DNA of 64,000 bases from contig CAVXTH010000001.1 of assembly GCA_963764625.1 (NCBI GenBank), forward strand, positions 128,001 to 192,000. The letters are read 5' to 3'. Numbering within the stretch: position 1 is the first letter of the stretch; the number at the start of each line of letters is the position of its first letter. Positions 9,553-19,386 of the stretch are shown here, piece after piece. A program made the translations under genes and the position numbers. Below the pieces are notes generated by a model that ran no database searches, was not told the DNA's origin, and was given only the letters and a program-made list of their open reading frames with translations. This DNA is from Candidatus Krumholzibacteriota bacterium (lineage in GTDB: Bacteria; Krumholzibacteriota; Krumholzibacteriia; JAJRXK01).

Positions 9553-10608
9553 ATGAGCGAGGCAGAGCGCATCCGTCTCACCCGATACGCCGGCGCCGCC
9601 GGTTGAGCCGCCAAGATGAGCCCGGAGGATCTGGGCAAGATTCTGGAAGGCATGGTCGAACCCAATCGCAATCCGCAGGCCCTGGTGGGCTTCGAATCCG
9701 CGGACGACGCCGGGGTCTATCGTCTGGACGATGAACGAGCGCTGGTGTTCACCGTAGATGTGATCACGCCTATCGTGGACGATCCACGCGACTTCGGCCG
9801 CATCGCGGCCGCGAACTCCATCAGCGACGTCTATGCCATGGGCGGTAAGCCCCTCATGGCGCTGAACGTCTCGGGCTTCGCGCCCGAGTTGCCCGCGCAG
9901 ATCTACCGGGAGATTCTCACCGGAGCGCAAGAGATCGCTCGAGAAGCCGGCGTTGTGATCCTGGGTGGCCATACCATCAAGGATAAGGAGATCAAGTACG
10001 GCCTGGCCGTGGTCGGAGAAGTGCACCCCAAGAGAATTCTGCGCAATACCGGCGCCAGGGAGGGTGACGCCCTGGTTCTCACCAAGGCGCTGGGAACTTC
10101 GGCTTTGGCAACCGCGTTCAAGAGCGGAGTCTTCGACGAGTCCGATGCGCGCTATCGGGCTATGGTCGACTCCATGACGCGCCTCAATCGCGAGGCGGGG
10201 GAAATGGCGGCGAGCCACCGCGTTCACGCGCTCACCGACATCACCGGTTTCGGCTTGAGTGGTCATCTGTTGGAAATGCTCGAGGGAAGCGGACTCACCT
10301 TCACGATTCGTCTGGGATCACTCCCCCTTTTGGAGGGCGCGCTCGAAATGTTGGCGGCGGGACACACCTGCGGGGGCGGACAGGCCAATCGCAAACGGGC
10401 GCAAGGGAAGATCGAGCTTCCCGCAAGCATCGAACTTCACCAGGAGTATCTCCTGCACGATCCGCAGACCTCGGGCGGCCTGCTCATGGCGACCACCCCG
10501 GCCGAGGCAGAGAAGATCGTCTCGAACTTGAAAGTCCACGGGCACGCGGCCGCGATCATTGGCGAGGTGACGGCAGCGAGCGAGTTTCCCCTCCGGGTGA
10601 CGGTCTGA
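9553..10608 (+). CDS. selD: Selenide, water dikinase (selenophosphate synthetase), selenocysteine-containing form
   Basis: ATG 9553 after AGGAGG gives MSEAERIRLTRYAGAAG-UGA(9604..9606)-AAKMSP, i.e. the G-C/U-x-x-K motif. In frame with DDAGVY, TVDVITPIVDDP.DFG.IAAANSISDVYAMGG, GGHT, TDITGFGL.GH, DPQTSGGLL. Confidence 0.95.
9620..9636 (+). promoter_or_regulatory. Candidate bacterial SECIS hairpin
   Basis: GCCCGGA-GGA-TCTGGGC: 7-bp stem (one G-U) with a G-containing apical loop, starting 13 nt after the UGA. Confidence 0.65.
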
Positions 10609-10926
10609 GCTACTGGTGGCGCATATCGGTTCGAACATTGAACAACTCTCTCCATTCTTGCAAGCGAACGACGTGTCCGGCTTGCGCGACTCGAAGAGGA
10701 CGCTTATCTCTTCGGAAGGCTCCCAAGCATCGCCGCGTCGCACGAAAAGCTGGCACGGAGATGATACTGCTCTGAATTGATAGGAGTTCCTCTCCGACAA
10801 ATTTGATCCTTGGGACGTCGTAGTACTTCGGCTCTCACACGGAACCAAGCTCGTCTCTCCGTGCTCCCATCAAACTGCGGACGAGCCTCCGACAATGAAT
10901 GACTACCGTCATGGATTGGAGTAGCA

Positions 10927-11892
10927 ATGGTCGAACGAATCGCTGTCTACGTCGACGGCGCCAATGCCTACTTTGCCCAGAAAGAGGCGCTGAATTGGTG
11001 GATTGACTGGCCATCCTTCCTGGATTGGGTGAAGCGGGACCGAGAACTGGTGAGCGCTCGCTGGTACCAATCCTATCGGCGCCCTCCCGAACCGGAGCAG
11101 GAGCGATTTCTGCATCATCTCACGATCGTGGGCTATGCGGTGCGCAAGAAAGTCCTCAAGTCGATCTATGATCGCGAGACCGGTCAGAATTCGGTGAAGG
11201 GCAATCTGAACATCGAGCTGGTGATCGATGCCCTGACCGACGCGCAGCACTACGACACCATTCTCTTGGTCACCGGGGACAGCGATTTCGTCCCGCTGGT
11301 GGAAGCCCTGCGTTCGCGGGGCAAACGGGTTCTGGTGGCCGCCACCCCACAAAACGTCGCGGTGGACCTCCGGCAGGTCATTGGCGTCAACTACATCGAC
11401 TTGAGCGATTTGAGATCGGAAATCGAGAGCGACAAGCGGCCTCCCGAGAGAATCGAGCGCTTCGAGCGGGTGGATCAATCCGAGCGTGTTTCGAAGTGGG
11501 ATCGTGGATTCGATTCCGATCGAGAATTCGTCGAGGAGGCCTCCGAGCCCAACGGAAACGTGCGGCTTCCCTCCGAGCAGGACTATAAGGTCACGTCTAT
11601 TCTCGACCCGCATCCTCCCAGCGTTCCCAACCAGGACATCGTCTTACCGCAGGAAGGGGAGATCGTTCGCTGCACCGTGCAATCGGTCAAGAAGTACGGC
11701 ATTTTCCTCGACCTACACGAGAACGTGAAGACGCTACTCCACGTCAAGGACATGAACCGGGGCTACGTGGCGGACGCGGGCGAGTTCTATCGAGTGGGTC
11801 AGGAGGTTCCGGTCCAGGTGGTCGGAATCGACTGGGAGCGCCAACCACCCGAGGTTCGCGTTCAGGTCGTGACTCCGGAGATGGAATACTAG
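10927..11892 (+). CDS. NYN (LabA/DUF88) PIN-like domain fused to a C-terminal S1 RNA-binding domain
   Basis: N-terminus VYVDGAN...KGNLNIEL..D...LVTGDSDFVPLVE.LR.RGK.V. Charged/Pro-rich linker. C-terminus EGEIVRCTVQSVKKYGIFLDL....KTLLHVKDM...YV......YRVGQEV.VQVVGID (S1). Confidence 0.88.
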   Translation: MVERIAVYVDGANAYFAQKEALNWWIDWPSFLDWVKRDRELVSARWYQSYRRPPEPEQERFLHHLTIVGYAVRKKVLKSIYDRETGQNSVKGNLNIELVIDALTDAQHYDTILLVTGDSDFVPLVEALRSRGKRVLVAATPQNVAVDLRQVIGVNYIDLSDLRSEIESDKRPPERIERFERVDQSERVSKWDRGFDSDREFVEEASEPNGNVRLPSEQDYKVTSILDPHPPSVPNQDIVLPQEGEIVRCTVQSVKKYGIFLDLHENVKTLLHVKDMNRGYVADAGEFYRVGQEVPVQVVGIDWERQPPEVRVQVVTPEMEY

Positions 11893-12782
11893 TTCGGTCT
11901 GGGCGCGAAACGATAACCGACGATTTTGAACGCGAGCTTGGCGGCGGTTTGTTCGTTCACCTGCGTCGAGGGCTGAGGCACCGCTTCGCAGATGTCGGCT
12001 CCGATGAGTTTTCCCTCGCCTTCGGCCACGAGCGCGCGCAGAACGCGCACGACCTGAACCCAGTTCAGACCGCCGGGCTGGGGAGTGCCGGTTCCCGGGC
12101 ACAGGGAGCAGTCGAGCCCATCCACGTCGATGGTGAGATGAATCGGCCCGCCCAGGGCACGCAAGCGCGCCAGGAGATCGCCGAAGGAATCTCCGTCCAC
12201 GAGTTGATGGTCGTAGAAGGTTTCGATACGAGGATTTTCTCGGGCCAGTTCGTATTCACTCTTCTCGGCGCTGCGAATCCCGATCGCCACCAGCTTCTTC
12301 ACCCCGAGATCGAGCACGCGGCGCATCGCACAGGCGTGACTGAACCGACTTCCCAGATACTCTTCCCTCAGGTCGGCATGCGCGTCGATCTGCACCACCG
12401 TGACCTCTGAGGGTTCCTTGAGAATCCCCTTGAGCAACGCGGCGGTGACCGAATGCTCCCCTCCCAGACCCAGGTAGAAGGGAGGCGCCAGGCCATAGCC
12501 CGCGCAGACTCGGGTGACCCGATTCAAGTAGGCCTCCACCCGCTCGTTCTCGTCGGCCACGATCGACGGTAGTACGCAGTAACGTACGACATCCTCGTGA
12601 TCGAAGTTCAACTCTTCGTCGAAGGTCTCCAGGTGCAGGCTCGCGCGCAAAATGGCGTCGGGGGCCAGGGAAGTCCCGGCGCCGTAGCTGACGGTGCCTT
12701 CGAACGGCACGCGAATCACCGCGACCTCGGCCTCGTCCAGGGTGGAATTGGGAAGATCGAGAAAGGTGAGAGCAGTTTCCAT
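11889..12782 (-). CDS. speB: Agmatinase (ureohydrolase family)
   Basis: PFEGTVSYGAGT..AP, GGEHS, DAHADLR, SHAC, GIRS, TIDVDGLD...PGTGTP.PGGL.W. Confidence 0.88.
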   Translation of the reverse strand: METALTFLDLPNSTLDEAEVAVIRVPFEGTVSYGAGTSLAPDAILRASLHLETFDEELNFDHEDVVRYCVLPSIVADENERVEAYLNRVTRVCAGYGLAPPFYLGLGGEHSVTAALLKGILKEPSEVTVVQIDAHADLREEYLGSRFSHACAMRRVLDLGVKKLVAIGIRSAEKSEYELARENPRIETFYDHQLVDGDSFGDLLARLRALGGPIHLTIDVDGLDCSLCPGTGTPQPGGLNWVQVVRVLRALVAEGEGKLIGADICEAVPQPSTQVNEQTAAKLAFKIVGYRFAPRPN

Positions 12783-12815
12783 CGCGGCTCCGCTTCGCGC
12801 TCAATGGATTCGAAC

Positions 12816-14589
12816 TCAGAGAGCTTCCACCGAAGCCGTGAAACCGTCCACCAATTTCGTCATGCGCTCCTGGGCGCGCGCGTCGGCGGTGGCCAGAGTC
12901 TCTCGTGGAGCCACGGACTCGATCCACTCGAAATAGAATTTGATCTTGGGTTCGGTACCGCTGGGGCGCAAGAGGATGCGCGAGCCGTCCCGCAGATAGA
13001 ACGCCAGGACGTTGCTGCGGGGAATGGTTTCGATCGAAGCGGGCAAACTCACTTCAGGATCGAAAACCTGTGAGCTGCGGTTGGAGTAGTCGTGCACGGC
13101 GCCTACGCGTAATTCGTCTCCGAAACTCTCGGGGATTCGTTCGCGCAGACTGCCCATGATCTCGGTGATCCGCGCCGCCCCGCGCTCCCCCGGCATCGCC
13201 AGGCTCTTCTGCCGGGTGAGGTGCAGGCCGAAGCGCCGGTAGATCTCCTCCAAAACTTGCAGGACGCTCAAACCACGTTCGCGATAGACGGCGGCCAGCT
13301 CGGCGAAGAGCAGAGCGGCGGAGATTCCATCCTTGTCCGCGGTCACCATTCCCACCGAATACCCCAGCGCCTCTTCGTACCCCAGAAGCAACTCCTCGCC
13401 TTTCTCTCTGCGACGCTTCTGCGAGAGATTTGCGATCCACTTGAAGCCGGTGAGCGTCTCGTCGTACACCGCTCCGCTCGCCCGCGCCATCGAGGAAAGA
13501 AGGCGCGAGGACACGATCGTCGTCATGAGCAGGGGCTTGATCTCTTTTTTCAGGTTCTCGGTGAGCAGATAGTGCGCGAGCAGAGCTCCCACCTGATCAC
13601 CGCTCAGCATGCGGTACTCACTCCCTTCGCCGGGCACCGCCACCGCGAGCCGATCGGCGTCTGGATCGTTGGCGAGCACGAGATCGGCCCTGACCGTTTT
13701 GGCCAGATCCAGAGCCAGATCCATCGTGCCTTCCTCCTCGGGATTGGGAAAGCGCACGGTGGGGAAATTGCCGTTGGGCTCGAACTGTTGCGCGACGAGT
13801 TCGAGCGGTGCGTAGCCCGCGCGTTGAAACACCTCCACTACCGAATGACCACCCACCCCGTGCAGAGGGGTGTACACGATGCGAAGAGTGCTCTTCTGCT
13901 CAGGGTGGCGGCGCAGGCGCAGGACGTCGTCCACGTAGTCGTCGAACATCTTCTCCTTTATCTCGCGAACGAGCCCGGCTGCCTCGGCCTCTTCCAGGAC
14001 GGCGAGCGGGACTTCCTGGAGACTCTGGATCTCCTCGATCTTTGCCGCGATGCCGGTATCGTGGGGCGGAATGATCTGCGCCCCGTTGCCCCAATACACT
14101 TTGTAGCCGTTGTACTCGGGCGGGTTGTGACTCGCGGTGACCATGACTCCCGCCGCCGCTCCCAGGGCGCGAACCGTCACCGCGACCAGAGGAGTGGGCG
14201 CCACGCTGGGGAAGAGATGGACGGCGATGCCCAGACCGGCCAGAACCTCCGCCGTATCCCGTGCGAACTCTTGCGACATGTGGCGTCCGTCGTAGCCCAC
14301 CACGACGCCACGCGCCGAGGCCTCGACGACTTCCTTCAGGAGATAGCGACCGAGGCCACAGCTCACCCGGCGCACGAGAGCACGGTTCATCCGCCCGGGA
14401 CCGGGACCGAGCACTCCTCGCAACCCGGCGGTGCCGAAGTGAAGGCTTTGGGAGAAGCCTTCGCGCAGCGACTGCAGATCGTCATTGCTGAAGACTCTTC
14501 TCCAGAGCGGCGCGGGTCGTCGGGTCGGGGTCCTCCTTCAACCAGCGCTCCGCTTCCATCCGCAAGTCGTCCATCGATCGCTGATTCAT
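12816..14589 (-). CDS. Phosphoglucomutase/phosphomannomutase family phospho-sugar mutase (frameshift ~14490)
   Basis: [23 protein letters not shown] then, after a frame change, [10 protein letters not shown]; [29 protein letters not shown]. Confidence 0.92.
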
Positions 14590-14621
14590 GTCCCGGTCTC
14601 CTTCGCGCACGGGGGGCGTTT

Positions 14622-15266
14622 TCAGATCCGTCGGATGTTTCGGTGTTTCAGTAGCCAAACCATGAGTGCGATAGAGATGACGAGGATGGTCGCATACAAA
14701 ATGGGCTGGGCCGCAATGATCTGGGGATAGATGAGGGTCGTGACCAACAAGCCCACCAGGGCCCCTCCCAGATGGGCGTCGTGTCCAATGTTGCCAAAGC
14801 GCGACTTGATTCCCCAGATGGAGATGATGAGGAAGAGCACGGCATAAATGGAGGCGGGAATGGGAAAGGGCACGAAGAACATGTATACGCTACTGCCGGG
14901 AAGAAGAAAAATCGAGGCGTAGATGACCCCGCAGACTCCCCCCGAGGCACCCAGAGCCCGGTAGTTCTCCCCGTGGTGCAGCCAGAACGAGAGCGCGCTT
15001 CCTCCCAGAATACTCGCGAAGTAGATGATCAGCAGGATCCCGCCGCCGTAGATCCTCTCGATCCCCTGGGCGAAGCTGTAGAAACTGATGAGATTGAACC
15101 CGAGGTGACCCCAGTCGGCATGAAAAAAGGCGCTCGTGACGGCGCGGTACCACTGTCCATCGCGGACGATCCTCTCCCGGTCGAAGAGATAGCGATCGAC
15201 CAGGGCGGGCCGGGAAAAGCCCCACCAGGAACAGAGTGCGGTGAGAACCACGATGAGAACCGTCAT
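14622..15266 (-). CDS. Rhomboid family intramembrane serine protease
   Basis: WYR..TS.FFHADWGHLGFN, LGASGGVCG, IGHDAHLGGA. Confidence 0.92.
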   Translation of the reverse strand: MTVLIVVLTALCSWWGFSRPALVDRYLFDRERIVRDGQWYRAVTSAFFHADWGHLGFNLISFYSFAQGIERIYGGGILLIIYFASILGGSALSFWLHHGENYRALGASGGVCGVIYASIFLLPGSSVYMFFVPFPIPASIYAVLFLIISIWGIKSRFGNIGHDAHLGGALVGLLVTTLIYPQIIAAQPILYATILVISIALMVWLLKHRNIRRI

Positions 15267-15431
15267 CGCCGCATAAACTCCCTCTTCATGTCGCTTTGCT
15301 CCTCATTCGAGCCTCTCGGGGAGATTGGGGCCAGGTTGGCCCGAAAACAGGGGGCTTGGCCGCCAACTCTCGACCCTCGTCCCCACGATACTCGTGACCA
15401 TGCGGACTTCCCAGGGGTGAGTGGAATGCCT

Positions 15432-15447
15432 TGGCAAGAAAGCTGCA
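15432..15447 (+). promoter_or_regulatory. Putative sigma54 (-24/-12) promoter of the SGNH hydrolase gene
   Basis: TGGCAAGAAAGCTGCA (GG-N10-GC), 59 nt before ATG 15506. Confidence 0.55.
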
Positions 15448-15505
15448 TTATCTAATGCAGAACATCCCGGGCGATGCACGTGCACCTTGCAACAGTGGAG
15501 TCGAC

Positions 15506-16501
15506 ATGAAGATTTCGTCCTCGGTTCGGTTCTCATTCCTTCTGGTCCTCATCGCATTGTGCTTGCCTCCCGCCGCGGCTTGGGCCCAGTGGGACGGACA
15601 AGGCTGGGCGGACTACACCCAGTTCATCGGACCCATCGATTCGACGATGAAGCAGCATCTCCGGACGATCCTGGCCGCGGGTCAGCAACAGGGACGCACC
15701 CCGGGGCGGATGGGGCAGATCGGAGATTCCATCACCAATTCCGACGCCTATTTCCGAAACGCCACGCTATGGGATATTACCAACAACGAGACCGGGCACG
15801 ACTATGCTCCGATCCGTTCGTGGCTGTCGTACGAGGGTACCAAGCCCGCCGACGGGAATTCCTTCTACCGAGACCACGGAAAGGGAACACCCTACGCAAA
15901 CGAGAGCGGATGGACGATCGCCATCGCGATTCAGGCCGGACACCCCGACGCTTCGGTCCTGGTCGGAGACGGCAGCACGCCCGGGAACTTCTCCTGGGTG
16001 CTCATCATGTTCGGCACCAATGACATCAACTCCGGCAGTTGGAACGCCAACGCCTGGAAATCCACCTACCACGATTTCATCCAGAGTTACATCGATCTGG
16101 GAGTCATTCCCGTAGTGAGCACGATTCCCCCCTCGGCTCCCCACGTCAGCGACGGACGCGTCGAGCTCGCGAACCAGAAGGTCCTCGAACTCGCGAGCGA
16201 GATGCAAATTCCCTACGTCGATTTCTACGCCCTGGTCCTCCACTACCAACCCGACTCATGGGCGAACACCCTGATCTCCTCGGATGGCATCCACCCGTCG
16301 GCGGGCGGGGGCGGAATCGATTTCTCCCAGGATGGCCTGACCTCGAGCGATGGCTACGCCGCGCGCTCGAAACTGAGCTTCGATGTGGCCGAGAAACTCC
16401 AGCGCATCGTGTTCGACGATGGGGCGCCCGACGGTCAAACCGCCGCGCCAGGCCAGAGCATGGGTTCTTTCAAGGCAGGCTTCTCGTCCGGCGGTCACTG
16501 A
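15506..16501 (+). CDS. Secreted SGNH/GDSL hydrolase
   Basis: Signal peptide ending AAAWA; block I GDSIT, block III MFGTND, block V DGIHP. Confidence 0.88.
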   Translation: MKISSSVRFSFLLVLIALCLPPAAAWAQWDGQGWADYTQFIGPIDSTMKQHLRTILAAGQQQGRTPGRMGQIGDSITNSDAYFRNATLWDITNNETGHDYAPIRSWLSYEGTKPADGNSFYRDHGKGTPYANESGWTIAIAIQAGHPDASVLVGDGSTPGNFSWVLIMFGTNDINSGSWNANAWKSTYHDFIQSYIDLGVIPVVSTIPPSAPHVSDGRVELANQKVLELASEMQIPYVDFYALVLHYQPDSWANTLISSDGIHPSAGGGGIDFSQDGLTSSDGYAARSKLSFDVAEKLQRIVFDDGAPDGQTAAPGQSMGSFKAGFSSGGH

Positions 16502-19386
16502 CCGCTGTCAGCCCTTGGCACCGGCCGCGAGGAAAACGCCAAGGAGACCAGCTCCGGCGGGGCTTTTAGCTCTTGCGCGGCCCACTCGTAACGCGACCGC
16601 TGACATGCCAGAAGCAAGACCTGTTGGTTACTTGCGGCGATATGCAGGAGCATCTTCATTCCGGCGATCAAGCGCTCGTCGTCGGCATGGGCGAAGGGGT
16701 CATCCAGGATCAGAGGCAGAAATCCCTCGCTTCCGCTCAGCAGATGGCTTACCGCCATGCGCGCCGCGAGGTAGACACCGTCCCGCGCGCCGGCGCTGAG
16801 CTGTTGGTCGACTTCGACGCTCGTGAGCAGCTTGTGCTCGTGCATCACCTCGAATTCGAGATTCTCGTTGAAGCGAATGTCGCGACTGCCGGTTCCCAAC
16901 TGCTTCAATAATTCTCCCGCTTCGTGATTGAGCTGCGCCGCCCAGGTCACATAGGTCTCGCGGGAGATTTTGGCGAGAGTGTCGTGGGCCAGAGTCACCG
17001 CAGCCTTGAACTCGCGTGCGCGGCGGAGGGCGCTGCGCATTTCGTCGAGTCGCTCGTAGAGCGGGCCCACTTTCTGTTCATGGAGATTCAGGAAGGACCG
17101 GACCGCGGTGAAACCGTCCTCGCGTGCGCGGGCTTCGCTTTGCTCCTTCTGCGCGAGTTCGCGTTCGAGCTCTTCCAAGCTCTCGCGTAGGGTTGGCGAC
17201 GATTGTTCGGCGGGAAGCGGAAGTTTCTCCAGCCCTTCCCTTGCCCGCGCTAGGCTCACGGCCTTCGCCTGCTGGAGGCGCCGCTCCAGGGATTCGAGAG
17301 ACTCTTCGCTCGGAGTTTCCTCTTTGAGTCTGGGGAGCTTCAGATCGCGACGGAGTCGCGCCTCTTCGGCCGCTTTCGCCTGCTCTCGTAGCTTGCGCAA
17401 ACTCTCGCGCGTGTCGTCGCCTTCCGCGAATTGAACTCCGCAGCGCGCGAGAGCTTCCTTCGCCTGACTCTCACGCTGCTCGAGAGCGGTGGTCTTTTCC
17501 TCGACCTGGTCGCGCCAGCTCTTCGCATTCTCCGCCGCGGCCGCCGCCACCGAGTAGATCTTCACCGCTTCCCGCAGCTTTGGAAGGTTCTCTTCGAGCT
17601 CCTGGACTCTCGGCTCACCCCCGAAGACTTCCCACGCCTCGTGAACGCCTCTCAGGGTGTCCTCGGTCTGTTTCTCGGATTCCAGCAGCCTCTCGTCGAC
17701 GCCAGCGAGCGTATCCAGGTTACGCTCGACCAGCCGAAGCGACTGGTAGCGTCCGTGCAGTTCGTCGGCGGGGATTCCGAGTCGGTAGGCGAGGTCCTGC
17801 CACGCCAGCACGTGCTCTTGGTTCTTTTCCTCGATCTCGTGCAGTTTCCTGCTTTGCTCGTCCACCCGCTCGCTCGCCACTCTCTCCTCACCACGGCGGA
17901 GCCTGGAAGTGGTAGTGAGGAAGAACAGACCCAGAACGATGACCGCTCCCCCGCCGTAGGGTAAAGCCTGGGAGAGCAGGGCCCAATGCGCCGGAAGGAG
18001 CAAACCGGTGGCGAGAATCGCCGCGCCGACCGCGGCCGTCACCCCGCCCAAGCGGCTTCTGCGGGTTCGGGCTGCGAAGACCTCGTCGAGTTGCCGCTGC
18101 CACATCGACAGATCCCGGCGGGTGCTCTCCCTCAATTCGTCGATCTCGAAATCCCGGCGGGTGTGGGTCACGAGCAACTCGCGATCCTCGGGCGTGAGGT
18201 ACTGCAACGCCTCGAGCATGGTACCGGCCTGGTCGGGATCGAAACCCCGCTCGCGCATCGCCTCGCGTTCACGCCTGGCGGCCTCGTGCAGACGTTTCTC
18301 GTCGCCTTGGATGTCCTTCAAGCGAGCGATGGCGTGCGCCACGATCTCGATGTCTTCGGTCTGCGGGGCCCGCTTCAGGCCCAGCTTGTCGCGAGCGGCG
18401 AGCCTCTCAGCGCTCTCCGCTTCCGCTTCCTGCGCATCCTTGGCATAGGATTCGACGGTGCGGCGCGCTCCTTCCCAACGATTGCAGAGAACTTCCGCCT
18501 CTTGAAAGCCATCAGAGCTCAGCTCGGCCAGATCCGATTCTTCGCGTACCTGGGCTTCCAACTTCGCCAAGGCCTCGCGCTGCGCGCGCGCCTTGCGCAG
18601 CTCCTCTTCGAGTTCACGCAGCCTCAGACGGGCGCGCGCCCAGTCGATCGCCTCACGGCGCGTATCGCGCTCGCGTTTGCGTGATTCGCTCTGCTTCAGC
18701 TCCTCGATTCGACCGCTCATCGCGCCGCGCTGCTCGGTGAACCCGGCAAGCTCCTGCTCGATTCCTTCGATTTCCGCCTCGCAACGCGAGATCTCGGTAT
18801 CGACCTTTCCCTTGCCGGCCAGAGTCGCTCCCTCGTATTCGTCCAGACCCTTCTGAAGCGCGCGCAACGCGGCGGCCGCGGTCGATTCCAGGGACTCCGA
18901 GTCGGCCATGCGCTGGATGGCCTCGCTCAATCCCGAGGCGTCGCCCCATTCCACCTGTCCCTGCCGGACGAAGGCGCTGTGCAGAAAATGTTCGCGCGAG
19001 ATGCCGAGCAGACGCTCGCCCACTTCAAGTTGTTTTCCGCTGCGGAACTCGTCGCTGACGTTCCGTCCCGCCTCGAGTACCCGCGCCGAGTCGTCCCGGA
19101 AATCGCGCTCGATCGTGAGCTCACGAGAGCCGTGACGCAGGCGCAGGATCAGTCCGTAGGGTCCGCCGTCCCAGGGTCGGTAGACCTCCCACTCGCTCAA
19201 TTTCGATCGGGCCCGCCGTTTGTCCTTGTCCAGACCGTAGAGGGCGGCCAGGATCGACTCCATCAGGGTGGTCTTTCCCGCCTCGTTCTTCTCGAGCAGA
19301 AGGCCGAGCTTACCCTGACCGGCATCGAGGGAGTATTTCCCGCGGAGTTGGCCGAAACCCTTGATGCTCAGCTGCAAAATGCGCAT
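16495..19386 (-). CDS. YhaN/SbcC-like SMC-family ATPase with a mid-protein transmembrane hairpin
   Basis: Start MRILQLSIKGFG at 19386 (TAATG overlap with the upstream gene). Walker A NEAGKTT, Q-loop FVRQG, long coiled coils, signature LSAGARD, Walker B/D-loop LILDDPFAHAD. Confidence 0.88.
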   Translation of the reverse strand: MRILQLSIKGFGQLRGKYSLDAGQGKLGLLLEKNEAGKTTLMESILAALYGLDKDKRRARSKLSEWEVYRPWDGGPYGLILRLRHGSRELTIERDFRDDSARVLEAGRNVSDEFRSGKQLEVGERLLGISREHFLHSAFVRQGQVEWGDASGLSEAIQRMADSESLESTAAAALRALQKGLDEYEGATLAGKGKVDTEISRCEAEIEGIEQELAGFTEQRGAMSGRIEELKQSESRKRERDTRREAIDWARARLRLRELEEELRKARAQREALAKLEAQVREESDLAELSSDGFQEAEVLCNRWEGARRTVESYAKDAQEAEAESAERLAARDKLGLKRAPQTEDIEIVAHAIARLKDIQGDEKRLHEAARREREAMRERGFDPDQAGTMLEALQYLTPEDRELLVTHTRRDFEIDELRESTRRDLSMWQRQLDEVFAARTRRSRLGGVTAAVGAAILATGLLLPAHWALLSQALPYGGGAVIVLGLFFLTTTSRLRRGEERVASERVDEQSRKLHEIEEKNQEHVLAWQDLAYRLGIPADELHGRYQSLRLVERNLDTLAGVDERLLESEKQTEDTLRGVHEAWEVFGGEPRVQELEENLPKLREAVKIYSVAAAAAENAKSWRDQVEEKTTALEQRESQAKEALARCGVQFAEGDDTRESLRKLREQAKAAEEARLRRDLKLPRLKEETPSEESLESLERRLQQAKAVSLARAREGLEKLPLPAEQSSPTLRESLEELERELAQKEQSEARAREDGFTAVRSFLNLHEQKVGPLYERLDEMRSALRRAREFKAAVTLAHDTLAKISRETYVTWAAQLNHEAGELLKQLGTGSRDIRFNENLEFEVMHEHKLLTSVEVDQQLSAGARDGVYLAARMAVSHLLSGSEGFLPLILDDPFAHADDERLIAGMKMLLHIAASNQQVLLLACQRSRYEWAAQELKAPPELVSLAFSSRPVPRADSGQ

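Noticed and set aside
14480-14490. In-frame TGA in the 5' part of the phosphomutase gene as a possible second Sec codon
   Set aside because: Homology (FGTAGLRG) continues in a different frame, so this is an indel and not readthrough; no Cys is expected there.
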